This document shows, one piece after another, positions 12,236 to 23,629 of a DNA stretch of 64,000 nucleotides (within the stretch, counting starts at the first letter, position 1; each line of letters opens with the position of its first letter). The notes beneath the pieces were generated by a model. That model did no database searches and had not been told where the DNA came from. It was given only the letters and a program-made list of their open reading frames with translations. Source of the DNA: Scyliorhinus canicula (lineage: Eukaryota); NCBI RefSeq assembly GCF_902713615.1, contig NW_024055760.1:896533-960532 (forward strand), given 5' to 3'. Made by a program: the position numbers and the translations under genes.

Positions 12236-12265
12236 TAAGAAATGTCTAACTTGTGTTTCTTGAAG

Positions 12266-12577
12266 GTCCTCTACCTGACATCCATCCAAATGTTCTCCTC
12301 ACCGTGAGTTCCAATGAAGAAATCTCAAGCAAGAAATTTGCAACCATGGTCTGTTCAATTAACGATTTCCAGCCAAAGTCAATCACGGTGAAGTGGCTGA
12401 AGAATGGACAACCCATGGGTTCAGGAATTGTCACCTCTCCCGCCTGTGAAGTGAACGGGAACTTCTCGGCGAGCAGTCGGCTGACAGTCTCCGCTGGGGA
12501 ATGGTTCAGCAAAGCGGTCTATACCTGCCAGGTCACTCATCAAGAGGTCACCCAAAGTCACAACGTCACCGCGTCTG
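12266..12577 (+). CDS. IGHM: IgM constant exon C-mu2
   Basis: [10 protein letters not shown]...[21 protein letters not shown]...YTCQVTH; AG/GT boundaries in phase 1. Confidence 0.96.
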
Positions 12578-13209
12578 GTAAGAGACACAAACAGAGGAAA
12601 CAATAAATCAGCCTGCATTCTGATGTTAATCCAAATCAGGAATTTACTGAAGTTACTGCAAAGCACAGAATAACTTCTAATTTACTGCCATGTAGTTTGT
12701 GTTTCATTCTGATGGAAAGCTGCATTAGGATTGCTCATCATTCAGGATTTGATCAGTATAGAAATAAATGTTTCCCTAAATGTTTCACTAAAAAGTTATT
12801 TAGTGAGTGAGGTGGCCTTGATATCAGCTTTATCCTGAGACCACTGATTATATTTGAGAGTCAGTGGGTGTTTGAAACACTTTACTGATAACAGCTCAGG
12901 GACGAAAGTGTTGGAAAGTTCATCCAACCTGTTTATGGATCAGCCTTCAGTACTTCGTTCCTGAGATCAGGACTGGAGTATTGAGAATGCTGCAATACTG
13001 ATTTGTTAGAATGGTTCGGGTCTGACTGTATTTCAAAATGAGAATAGTTTACACTGATCAAACTGGTTTTCCATTGTGTATAGAAGATTACTGGCGACCT
13101 TTAGAAGTTTCGAAGTTGATTTATTCCCATTGAGTGAGTTCAGGCTGAATCCTTCTGTCCTGATTCTGAAGATGAAACTTGGGTTGATTTCTACTTTTTT
13201 CATTCACAG

Positions 13210-13518
13210 ATCCTTCCGTTTGCACTGATGCCTCAGTAACAATACAGCCACCACCAATAGAACAGGTCTTGCTGGAGGCGACTGTAACCTTATCCTGCGT
13301 CATTTCGAATGCTCCTTATGGAGTCAACGTGTCCTGGAGTGAAGCGAAGAAGCCGCTGAAATCAGAGATTGCCGAGCAGCCTGGGGCAGATACTGAGAGT
13401 GTGGTCAGCAAATTAAACATCTCGACACAAGCCTGGCTGAGTGGGGCTGTGTTTGACTGTGTGGCGAGCCATCAGGACCTGCCAACTCCTTTAAGAATTT
13501 CAATCCACAAAAAAATAG
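13210..13518 (+). CDS. IGHM: IgM constant exon C-mu3
   Basis: [31 protein letters not shown]...VSW...[13 protein letters not shown]; acceptor CACAG, donor GTGAG 13519. Confidence 0.96.
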
Positions 13519-13616
13519 GTGAGCGGTGAGATTGAAGCAATAAGTGAGTCATTGTGTCTATTTCTAGTGTCAGTGCAGCGGTCAGTATTTAGTATTCAGT
13601 GTATTTATGGTCCATT

Positions 13617-13954
13617 CATAGAATCATAGAATTTACAGCGCAGAAGGAGGCCATTCGGCCCATCGGCCCATCTTGGAAAGAGCACCCTACCCAAGGTCAA
13701 CACCTCCACCCTATCCCCATAACCCAGTAATCCCACCCAACACTAAGGCCAATTTTGGACGCTAAGGGCAATTTAGCATGGCCAATCCACATAACCTGCA
13801 CATTTTTGGACTGTGGGAGGAAACCGGAGCACCCGGAGGAAACCCACGCACACACGGGGAGGATGTGCAGACTCCGCACAGACAGTGACCCAAGCCGGAA
13901 TCGACCCTGGGACCCTGGATCTGTGAAGCAATTGTGCTAACCACCGTGCTGCCC
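13617..13954 (-). mobile_element. HE1-type V-SINE
   Basis: Full reverse-complement copy with CATAGAAT tail. Confidence 0.88.
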
Positions 13955-14214
13955 TTTTTTTAGAAGGAGAGGGCAGGGCTTTCATAAGTAACCACTGCCG
14001 ATATGAGAATCAAGAACCAGCTGTCCAACCCACTGAACTAAAGAGGACGCCGAATCTAGGAACCAGCCAGGAGGCGAACCTGGAATCTCCTGATTCATAG
14101 TCAGACACGTTATCCATTGCGCCATGGGTAATTCCACTAACTAAACACTCTGGGTGTTTAGAGTTAAAGGGGGAAATTGATATGCAGATGAATGAAACCC
14201 AACAGTGATATTGG

Positions 14215-15250
14215 GTTTAGATGGAGCGAGACCATAGACCACAAAACGTAGGAGCAGATGTAGGCCATTGGGCCCATCAACACTGATCCAGCCTTCAGTG
14301 AGATCATGACTGATCTGATGTGATAATCTTCAACTCCTCTTTGCCGCCTTATCCACATGTTTCTTGACGCCGTTACTGATTTAAAATATGTCTGTCTCAA
14401 CACTGAACAACCCAGAATCTACAGCCCCCTGCGTTAAATAATTCCACAGCTTCACTACCCTCTGAGAGAGGAAATTCCTTCTCATCTCTGTCTGAAATGG
14501 GCGAACCCTTACTTTGTGATCATGCACTCTGCTCCTAGACGCTCTCACAGGGGAAAACAATCTCACAGCGTCTATCCCAAGAAGCTCCCTGAGAATCTTT
14601 CATATCTCAATTAGGCCGTCTTTATTCCTCTAAACTCCAATAAGTACAGCCCAGCCTACTTAAACTCTCCCCATAAGAAACTCCCTCCATACTCGGGATC
14701 AACCTCGTGATCCTTCTCTGGACTGCCTTCAAAACCAATCTGTCTTCCTTAGATAAGGGCACCAAAGCTATTCAAAGTATATCAGGTGCAGACTAACTCA
14801 TGCTTTGTATAATTCTAGCCAGACTTCCTCATTTTTATATTCTATTCCCTTTGAAATAAATGTCAACATTCAATTTGTCTACATATTACCTGCAGAACTT
14901 GCTTTGTGCGGTTTCTGCACGAGGACCCCCAATTCCCTCGTTACCTCAGTTTTCTACAGTCTTTATCCATCTAAATAATATTCCGTTATGTTCTTCCTCC
15001 TCCCAAAGTGTCTAACCTCACATTCTCTGTCCCTCCGTGGATTTTCTGTAATCTTCACCACTTGCCTTTCTACCTATTTTTTGTCATCTGCAAACGTGGG
15101 AATCATAGATTTGTTTATTAAACACCGTTTTGAAATTCATGTATATTACATCTACTGCCCCCCCCCCCCCTCTCTCTCGCCTTCTCGTTATCACCTTAAA
15201 TAAGGGCAATAAGGTTTTCAGACATGATTTACCCTTCACGAAGCCGCACT
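14215..15250 (-). mobile_element. Degraded CR1-type LINE ORF2 3' fragments
   Basis: Minus-strand ...EMRRNFLSQRVVKLWN... and 3' terminus at ~14240-14300. Confidence 0.65.
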
Positions 15251-15693
15251 GACTCTGTTGATTATATTGAGTATTTCTAAATGCTCAGCTATTGGATTAG
15301 TTATAATGGAATCGAACCGTTTTCCACGGACCGATGTTTTTTTGTCACCCTCCCCTTTGAATAAGGGTGTTACATTGGCAGTTTTCCAATCCTCTTGGGG
15401 TAAGGTGGGAGGAGCCTGGTGTGGAGTTTATACACCAGCACAGAACAGTTGGGCCGAATGGCCTGTTCCCCTGCTGTACACTTTCTGAAACTTTCGAATC
15501 CAACATCCGTAAATTCTCAGGGAAAAGGATTGTGTCCACCTCTGCTCAGAGGTGGGAACCCGGACAGATCCCAGAGTGGAAAATGGAAACCTTTAAATTC
15601 CAACACAAAACACATTTCTCCCACATCTAACCCGCGGTTCCATTGTCTCCGGAATTCCCCATTTTATTGACATTTATTGTACATTTTCTGCAG

Positions 15694-16085
15694 ATCCCAA
15701 TCCGCGGGAACCGTCCGTCTCTGTCCTCCTGCCCTCGGCTGAAGACGTCTCCGCTCAGAGATTCGTCTCCCTCAGCTGCTTAGTGAGAGGTTTCTCCCCC
15801 CGAGAGATCTTCGTCAAGTGGACCGTCAATGACAAGCCGGTGAATCCCGGGAACTACAAGAACACCGAGGTGATGGCGGAGAACGGCAATAGCTCCTTCT
15901 TCATGTACAGCCTGTTATCCATTGCAGCGGAGGAGTGGGCCAGCGGCGCTTCTTACTCCTGTGTGGTGGGACATGAAGCCATCCCCTTGAAGATCATCAA
16001 CAGAACGGTTGATAAATCCAGCGGTAAACCCAGTTTTGTGAACATTTCCCTCGCTCTGATGGACACCGTTAATTCATGTCAATGA
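15694..16085 (+). CDS. IGHM: IgM exon C-mu4 plus secretory tailpiece
   Basis: [15 protein letters not shown]...[17 protein letters not shown]...YSCVVGHE...[23 protein letters not shown]; tail has NIS sequon and penultimate Cys; internal donor AGCG/GTAAAC at 16023/16024 for membrane form. Confidence 0.97.
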
Positions 16086-16108
16086 GAATCTATTGCATTT
16101 CGAACTCA

Positions 16109-16123
16109 AATAAAAATAATAAA
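16109..16123 (+). terminator. Secretory-mu poly(A) signals
   Basis: AATAAA at 16109-16114 and 16118-16123, followed by a T-rich stretch. Confidence 0.8.
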
Positions 16124-16550
16124 GGTTTTTTTCCTCCAATTGTGATTTAAATGTACAGCCGCTTAATTAATGGTGCTTCCACTTTGCTGATATTAGATCT
16201 GTTCAATGAGACCCGGATTTCTACAGGTCTCAGCCCCAAGTCTGATACAACCAGAGCTCCCAGCTCAGATACACCCTGGGTTAGAGACAGAGTAAAACTC
16301 ATTCATTCCAGGATTCAGCAAAATATCTTCATTGACTTTCCTCCAGCTGAGGAGAAATCGGACAATTCCCCATTTCAGACAAACAAACCACCACATTTAG
16401 ATCTCGGTGTTCCTGCTGCTCTCATTGTCCATCCCTTTAAAATTAATGTCAGCTTTAAGTTGCTGCATCAGACCCACTGGGAACTGAATTGAGGGTCACA
16501 CAGAAACATGGACCAACAATCGCCAGTCAAAGAGAGGGGGAAGTGAAATT

Positions 16551-16915
16551 GTTAATCCACTGTACCCGCACTTTCCCAACAGAGAGAGGGGGAGGGGCAT
16601 TAGTTAATCCACTGTACCCCCACTTCCCCAACAGAGAGAGGGGGAGGGGCATTAGTTAATCCACTGTACCCCCACTTCCCCAACAGAGTGAGGGGGAGGG
16701 GCATTAGTTAATCCACTGTACACCCACTTCCCCAACAGAGGGAGGGGGAGGGGCATTAGTTAATCCACTGTAGCCCCACTTCCCCAATAGAGAGAGGGGG
16801 AGGGGCCTGAGTTAATCCACTGTACCCATGCTTCCAACAATAAGAGGGGGAGAGGCATTATTTAATCCACTGTACCCACACTTCCCCAACAAAGAGAGCA
16901 AAGGGGCAATAATAA
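16551..16915. repeat. 52-bp tandem repeat, ~7 copies
   Basis: GTTAATCCACTGTACCCCCACTTCCCCAACAGAGAGAGGGGGAGGGGCATTA starts at 16551,16603,16655,16707,16759,16811,~16861. Confidence 0.93.
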
Positions 16916-17439
16916 CCCATTTTACCTCCACTTTCCCAACCATAAGAGGAGGAAGGTGATGAGTGAACTCTCTGTATCTCCATCTCCAGCTGGGAGAACC
17001 CAAAGGCAATTTGCTGAGCTGACCAGCGAGAGGGAAATTATTAACTCAATATCTTCCCGGTCTCCAAGCAGCGAGTTTGGAAGTAAACGGTTCTCTAGAC
17101 TAAGAACTCAGTTACTGACATTACAAGACGGCATGTAGCTTACTGGCTGAAGGGTGTAAAAGACCATCATGATCAAGATGTATTTTTTAGCACCCTTGTT
17201 CGTCTTATCCGTCTGCTTAGACCGATTCCCCAGAATCCAAATCCAGATGGTGATTGAATTCTCGCTGGGTTTTCACTGTTCTCTCCTGAGGCACCTCCTT
17301 GTATTTTTGCATTCGGTCACCTGATGTCAGCTTGCAACTCACACAAAATACATTTATAAGCAAAAAGTTCAACATATTCTACATCGGTACCAATAATACC
17401 CAAAACTGGCAAAGCTACAGGCAGCTGATACAAATACAC

Positions 17440-18730
17440 AGACAGATAAACAGACACAAACACTACAGACACACACGCACACAGACCCACAAACGTACAC
17501 GCGCTCACACGTAGACACAGACACAGACACACACATAGAAACACATGCATAAACATACACCCAGGCACAACGAACCACACATATTTTGGCACAAAATCAC
17601 ACGCAAACGTGCGCAAAAATTCACAAATATGCACATAAACAAAAAAAGCACACGTTTGTACACACACACAGACATACGGGCACATCTACACAAACACACA
17701 CAAATCCACACACACAAGTGGGACACAAATGTACACAAACAGACACATACAACCACATGACCACACACACACAAACATATGAAAGCAAACCGACGGAAAA
17801 TATGAAACACAAATGTAACCAATAACATGTACATTAGCAGAATTTCACGATGACAGAAATATTTCCATTCAGAGACAATAATCCACACTGACACACTTAT
17901 GGGCATACGTAGGCACATGTTAGCATACCCATACACATGCTAACACAAACACACATTAGTGCACATCGAGGCATCAATAAACATCAATAGTTATAAACAA
18001 CCATCACGCATAAATAGCACTGCTGCCTCACAGCGCCATAAACCCGGGTTCAATTCCAGCCTTGGGTGATTGTCTGTGTGGAGTTCCCACGTTCTCCAGT
18101 GTCTGTTCCTGTTTCCTCCGCCTGCTCCGGTTTCCTCCCACAATCCAAAGATGTGCAGGTTCGGTGGATTGGCCAGGCTATATTACCCCTTAGTGCCCAC
18201 AACGTTAGGTGGGGTTACCAGGTTCTGGGGACAGGGCAGGGACATGCGTCCAGGCAGAGTGCTCTTTCGGAGGGTCGGTGCAGACTCAATGGGCCGAATA
18301 GCCTCGTTCGGCACAGTAGGGATGATACGAATATGATTCTGTGATGAAATACAGGCATCAACAAACACACACACACACAAACGCAATTATCCAGACACAA
18401 ACATTAAGACCCTGACATGCATGTTGAACGGATAAAGGCACATTTACACTTTTATTACTGGGCGGGGAAGTATAAACTTATACTAACACAGGCATTAATA
18501 TATACACATAGACTTCAACACACAAACACACACAATAAAACACTCATATATACTCATTGACAGAAGATAAACAAAGTCCACATACAGGCGCTGATACAGA
18601 TACACAGATCAATACTCATTGACACATGAACACTCACAATGACACTTATAAAGACATCGGGACACAAAAGAAGAGTAACGAAACTCGTATTTCGCATCTA
18701 CACAGACACAAAAGATGAAGAACAAACACA
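17440..18730. repeat. CA-rich low-complexity tract with HE1 SINE at 18015-18342 (+)
   Basis: Degenerate (CA)n; embedded SINE head/body/tail. Confidence 0.75.
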
Positions 18731-18743
18731 AACGTCAGGCAAT

Positions 18744-18930
18744 GGCGGCACGCTGGCATAGTGGTTAGCACTGCTGCCTCACGCCACCATGGACCTGGGG
18801 TTGATCCCGCTCCTGGGTCTCTGTCCCAGTGGAGTTTCCCCGTGACCCGTGGGTCTCACGCCGACAACCCAAAGATGTGCAGGGTAGGTGGATTGGCCAG
18901 GCTAACTTGCCCCTTAATTGGAAGAAATAG
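18744..18930 (+). mobile_element. Short-tail HE1-related SINE
   Basis: HE1 head, ends GCCCCTTAATTGGAAGAAA. Confidence 0.75.
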
Positions 18931-19095
18931 GTGACAGAGACCGATTTCTGAGTGTCATGAACTCAACAGTAGATATGCAATAATAAATACATAAAAGAAT
19001 GAATTAGCAGCGGGAGAAATTTAAACAAGAATATTAAAAACATATCCTAGATTAATAAACAATCTGATTATATTTATCCGGCTCTATCCTCGTAG

Positions 19096-19223
19096 ATACC
19101 ACAGACCACACCTGGACTGAAGAAAATGAGGATGATAACGGGAACATCTGGACAACCGCTTCCACATTCATCACCCTGTTCTTCCTGAGCATTTCCTACA
19201 GCGCTGCTGTCACTCTGGTGAAG
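19096..19223 (+). CDS. IGHM: IgM TM1 exon
   Basis: DTTDHTWTEENEDDNGNIWTTASTFITLFFLSISYSAAVTLVK, conserved antigen-receptor TM motif; acceptor CGTAG, donor GTGAG. Confidence 0.96.
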
Positions 19224-19361
19224 GTGAGAAGATTCAATCCACTCACACTTCAAACTGACAGAAGGTGTTTAAAAACCCTAAATGTTTGATTGATTAAAAC
19301 CTCTAACATCAATGTTCCAGATCATAAACATCTGCTTCATCAGTTTCTCTCTCTTTTACAG

Positions 19362-19370
19362 ATCAAGTGA
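19362..19370 (+). CDS. IGHM: IgM TM2 exon coding part (IK*)
   Basis: Polypyrimidine acceptor CTCTCTCTTTTACAG then ATC AAG TGA; cytoplasmic tail KIK. Confidence 0.88.
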   Translation: MK

Positions 19371-19773
19371 TCGGTTGACGTTCGGACGCTGTAGAGTTTC
19401 CTCAGCTGTTTATTATGATCTGTGTGTGACAGAAATACAATATCTCCTCTTGGTGTCTCTAACAGTAAAATTCTCAGTTTATTATTCTGCATCTGTAACT
19501 GAGACAATCATGGACAGTATTTCTGCTTTTCAGTTTAAAATGTACAAGATAATTTTGGCTGTAATGTAATTGTAGCTAATAATTTCTCTCAGTATCATGT
19601 CTAAATAAGTAACTTACCTCGTACCTTATTTACAACAGTTACCTTCCCTTTATGTTGAGCTCCTGTTCTCTCTTGTGTCTGTTACAGTTGTACATACATT
19701 TGGCAGCTCAGAGGGCATGTGCTGTGTTCTCAGTGTCACCCTCAATCGTTATGTTCCGTTTTGTCAACATCAA

Positions 19774-19814
19774 AATAAACTTTTGTGTAATGTTTTCTCT
19801 GAAATTTTAATAAA
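19774..19814 (+). terminator. Candidate membrane-mu poly(A) signals
   Basis: AATAAA at 19774-19779 and 19809-19814, ~400 nt after TM2 stop. Confidence 0.6.
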
Positions 19815-20199
19815 TATTGAATGAAAAATGAAGAAAATAAGACTAATCTGAACTCCTTTCTCTAAGGTCTATCGGCACTGATCCTTTTCCCCGGTTATAC
19901 AGTTTTCTCCCCTTTCCCAGACAGATATTTCTCACCAGTCCTGTCTGGGATGTGTCGGAACTCACGGCCCCTCAGTGAAAGAGCCACTGCGCCACCAAGC
20001 GGCCCATCCGGGTTAAGACACCTTCACCTTTGCCTTTTTATGGTAAACTCGAGAGACAGAATGATTTCACAGCTGAAGAATTCCACTGATTCACTACCCT
20101 CTATTGGAAGAAATGTCTCCTCACCTCTGTCCTAAATTTGAGATCCCTTACTCTGAGATTATGCCCTCTGGTCCTAGACTCTCCCACAAGAGGAAACAA

Positions 20200-20449
20200 G
20201 ATTGTTTTTCAGGCTGTGTAACTGGTTAAAGCTCTTTCCACAGTCAGTTCACTGGAACACTCCCACTCAGGTGTGTGTGGGTCTCTGGGCTTTTCCAGTC
20301 ACACTTGTTTGAAATCTCTTCCCACAGTCAGAACAGACAAGCACATTGACAGTTTGTGATATTTAGATCCTAATGAATTGAGTGACTGTCAGATCTTGAT
20401 GTTATATTTGGTTCGAGTTGCCCAGCTGCCAATCCTCCCGTTCTAATGC
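20200..20449 (-). pseudogene. Truncated ZNF coding-exon relic
   Basis: Reverse complement reads acceptor TTTTTCAG then ...CSDCGKRFQ...VFQ*TDCGKSFNQLHSL; homologous to 39265-39490 and 39818-39870. Confidence 0.8.
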
Positions 20450-20611
20450 CTGAAAAATAAGTTTACAAAAATTATCACTATAAGAATAGGATAGAAATTC
20501 ACAACAGATCGTTCTAGTTTCTATCAAACCTTCTTTCGTCTCTTGCTTTCCCCAAGCATGTGGTCCAGTCAAAATAAAAGACCAAAATCAGCTAGAAGCC
20601 CCAACAAAAGT

Positions 20612-20838
20612 GTCACTGCCTGTGTGGAGTCTCCCCGTGTCTGCGTGGGTTTCCTCCAAGTGCTCCGGTTTCCTCCCACAGTCCAAAGATGTGCAGGTTA
20701 GGTGGATTAGCCATGCTAAATTGCCCTTATGTTAGATGGGGTCGCTGGGTTACAGGGATAGGGTGGAGATGCTCTTTCCAAGAGCCAGTGCAGACTCGAT
20801 GGGCCGAACGGCCGACTTCTGCACTGTAAATTCTATGA
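20612..20838 (+). mobile_element. HE1-type SINE, 5'-truncated
   Basis: Body and tail match other copies. Confidence 0.8.
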
Positions 20839-20911
20839 TTGTACCTCGATGATTATTGAGTCAATCCGCGAGTCAGCCTGAAATCTGCCTCACAATGCCC
20901 GGGTGATTGAC

Positions 20912-21109
20912 ATGATGTGGAGATGCCGGCGTTGGACTGGGGTGAGCACAGTAAGAAGTCTTACAACACCAGGTTAAAGTCCAACAGGTTTGTTTCAAAC
21001 ACGAGCTTTCGGAGCACGGCTCCTTCTCCTGAAGAAGGAGCCGTGCTCCGAAAGCTCGTGTTTAAAACAAACCTGTTGGACTTTAACCTGGTGTTGTAAG
21101 ACTTCTTAC
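20912..21109. mobile_element. Penelope-like terminal fragment, fold-back insertion with 11-bp TSD
   Basis: Same sequence as 3' end of GIY-YIG element at 42780-42900; TSD GGGTGATTGAC 20901-20911 and 21110-21120. Confidence 0.88.
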
Positions 21110-21114
21110 GGGTG

Positions 21115-21485
21115 ATTGACGGCAGCCCCGGACCAATAGGAAGAGGAGGGGCGGGACTGCGGGACCGACCGGAAGCAGCTAGACCTCCAACCAATCGGAG
21201 TGAATGAGGGGCGGGCCCGCTGTGATTGAAGCATGCGCAGTGTGTGTAATGGCGCTGTAGAAGGACGTGTTTTTCAGATCGGAAATCGGTGAGAGGACTT
21301 TAACAACATGGAGGGAGCGAGAGATCGCGGGGGCGGGCGGAAACGTAGTGTAAAGTTGTTGAAATCGCAAACATCGGAAAGGTTTCCGGGACCCCGTTTG
21401 TACTGAGCGGAACTGCAGCTCCTCACGTTCGGCTCGGGTTAACGGCCGCCATCTTTATTGGATGTAAATCAGGGCGCATGCGCGT
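21115..21485. promoter_or_regulatory. CpG-rich promoter cassette P1
   Basis: Two CCAAT, GC boxes, NRF1-like GCATGCGCA 21231 and GCGCATGCGC 21474, YY1-like GGCCGCCATCTT 21444. Confidence 0.75.
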
Positions 21486-21499
21486 TTTCCGTGTTTGTC

Positions 21500-21660
21500 G
21501 GGGCGATGTTTCAATGAGTGGGAGGAGCTTGTTCCCCATTATTCAGAATGGACACAACTTGTCCATCAAACTGGATTAGTCTTTGAGTCCCAATGTCTTA
21601 TTGATGATGCAAAGCAGTGGCAGAGATGGAAAGAAATGGAAGCCAATCCTGCTCTCTGGA
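21500..21660 (+). mobile_element. Probable RTE-clade LINE C-terminal relic
   Basis: WEELVPHYSEWTQLVHQTGLVFESQ resembles the RTE ORF C-terminal W...W..V....FE pattern; paralog at 59120-59290. Confidence 0.45.
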
Positions 21661-21902
21661 TTTCACTCTCATTAGACATTCTGTCCCATCTGTCCAAAAC
21701 TCTGCGGCTCTGTTCAGCCATGTGAAGACCCAGGATAGAAATTCACAATCAATGGGCTTTGACAAAGAGTAATCGGACTCGAAACGTTAGCTCTTTTCTA
21801 TCTCTACAGATGCTGCCAGACTTGCTGAGATTTTCCAGCATTTTCCCTTTCGATAGAAATTCACAACCCTGAGTAGACGTCACCCACAAATCGAGGGACT
21901 GA

Positions 21903-22365
21903 TTCATAGAATTTACAGTGCAGAAGGAGGCCATTGGGCCCATCGAGTCTGCACTGGCTCTTGGAAAGAGCACCCAACCCAAGCCCACACCTCCACCCTA
22001 TTTCAGTAACCCCACCCAACTCTAAGGGCAATTTTGGATACTTAAGGGCAATTTAGCTTCACAGCTCCAGGGTCCCAGGTTCGATTCCCGGCTTGGGTCA
22101 CTTGTTTGTGCGGAGTCTGCACGTTCTCCCCGTGTGTGCGTGGGTTTCCTCTGGGTGCTCCGGTTTCCTCCCACGTCCAAAGATATGCAGGTTAGGTGGA
22201 TTGGCCATGCTAGATTGCCCTTAGTGTCCAAAATTGCCCATAGTCTTGGGTGGGGTTACTGGATTATGGGGATAGGGTGGAGGTCTTGGGTAGGGTGCTC
22301 TTTCCAAGAGCCGGTGCAGACTCGATGGGCCGAATGGCCTCCTTCTGCAATGTAAATTCTATGAA
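21903..22365. mobile_element. Head-to-head inverted HE1 SINE pair
   Basis: Minus copy 21903-22058 joined to plus copy 22058-22365; ~150-bp complementary arms. Confidence 0.85.
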
Positions 22366-22574
22366 ATACATGGGTTTCTGGAAAATCATTGGGACAGTAA
22401 AAAATATTTTTGTGACTCTGGAACATGATTAGGACAGTAAAAATACTAATTTTGTGTCTCTGGAAAATCATGAGGACAGTAAAAAACAATTTTTGAACAT
22501 TTCTCTTCTGTAGATATAAAAATATTGAAACTGGGATAAAGGTTGATTGACTGACAGTCAATCACTGTCCTTTT

Positions 22575-23043
22575 TTAAAATAAATTTAGAGTGCCCAATT
22601 CATTTTTTCCAATTCAGGAACAATTCAGCGTGTCTAATGCACCTAACCTGCACATCTTTGCGTTGTGGGGATGCAGCACGGTGGTGCAGTGGGTTAGACC
22701 TAATGCCTCACGGCGCGAAGGTCCCAGGTTCGATCCCGGCTCTAGGTCACTGTCCATGTGGAGTTTGCACATTCTCCCCGTGTTTGCATGGGTTTCACCA
22801 CCACAACCCAAAGATGTGCAAGGTGGGTGGATTGGCCATGCTAAATTGCCCCTTAATTGGAAAAAAAATGAATTGGTTACTTTAAATTTTTTTTTAAAAA
22901 TCATTGGTTTGTGGGGGTGAAACCAACACAAACACGGGGAAAATGTGCAAACTTCGCACAGACAGTGACCCAGAACTGGGATCAAACCTGTGACCTCGGC
23001 GGTGTGAGACAGCAGTGCTAACCACTGCACCACCGTGCTGCCC
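22575..23043. mobile_element. Cluster of three short-tail SINE pieces (-,+,-)
   Basis: Shared AATTGG...AATTGG(G/T)TACT tail and HE1 head. Confidence 0.75.
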
Positions 23044-23264
23044 CAGTCAAACACTGTCCTGGAAGGGAAGGAGTTCTTTTGCTTCGCAATTGGCCGAGGA
23101 AGGCAGTGTGTCACAAGGATGGAAGTGTTGACCGATTAATGGCTGGAGGATGGCAGCAGGTCATGTGATCAAGCCTGCAGAAATACATTTAATCAAAGTT
23201 GGCAAGGAGAGAATGTTGTGAATTTCTATCCGAAACTGACAGTGAGGTTTCTGTAAATTTACAG

Positions 23265-23461
23265 GATACTGGAAGTGGAGGTTTAACAGACGGGAAACGC
23301 AAACCAAACGTCACATCGCGATCTGACAGAGTCACTCGATTCATCAGAACCAGAATTTAAGCAGCATCTGGGTGTGGAAGGTAAAAGGTTTGTCTGTTCT
23401 GTCTGTGAGGGAAGATTTCAGGTCTCAGTGTGACTGGAAAAGCCCTGAGATTCACAAACCC
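23265..23461 (+). pseudogene. Orphan ZNF exon stub
   Basis: Acceptor AAATTTACAG then ...GKRFVCSVCEGRFQVSV*LEKP, cut off by CR1 fragment; paralog at 61990-62180. Confidence 0.7.
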
Positions 23462-23629
23462 TGGTTAGACCAAACCTGGAGAACTGTGTTCAGTTCTGGG
23501 CAACAAACCTGAGGAAGGATAGAATGGCCTCAGAGGGAGTGTAGCACAGATTTACCTGAGTGATATCTGAACCCCCCGGGGTTGGGTTAAATTAAAAGGC
23601 GAGATTACACAAAAATGTCAGAGTCAGCT

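Noticed and set aside
16086-19095. Extra constant or IgW/IgNAR-type exons between C-mu4 and TM1 or after TM2
   Set aside because: No Ig-domain Cys-Trp-Cys pattern found in any frame
21495-21725. Short ORF conserved with 59093-59305 as a novel micro-protein
   Set aside because: Different starts and ends in the two copies; resembles an RTE LINE C-terminus; similarity explained by the segmental duplication
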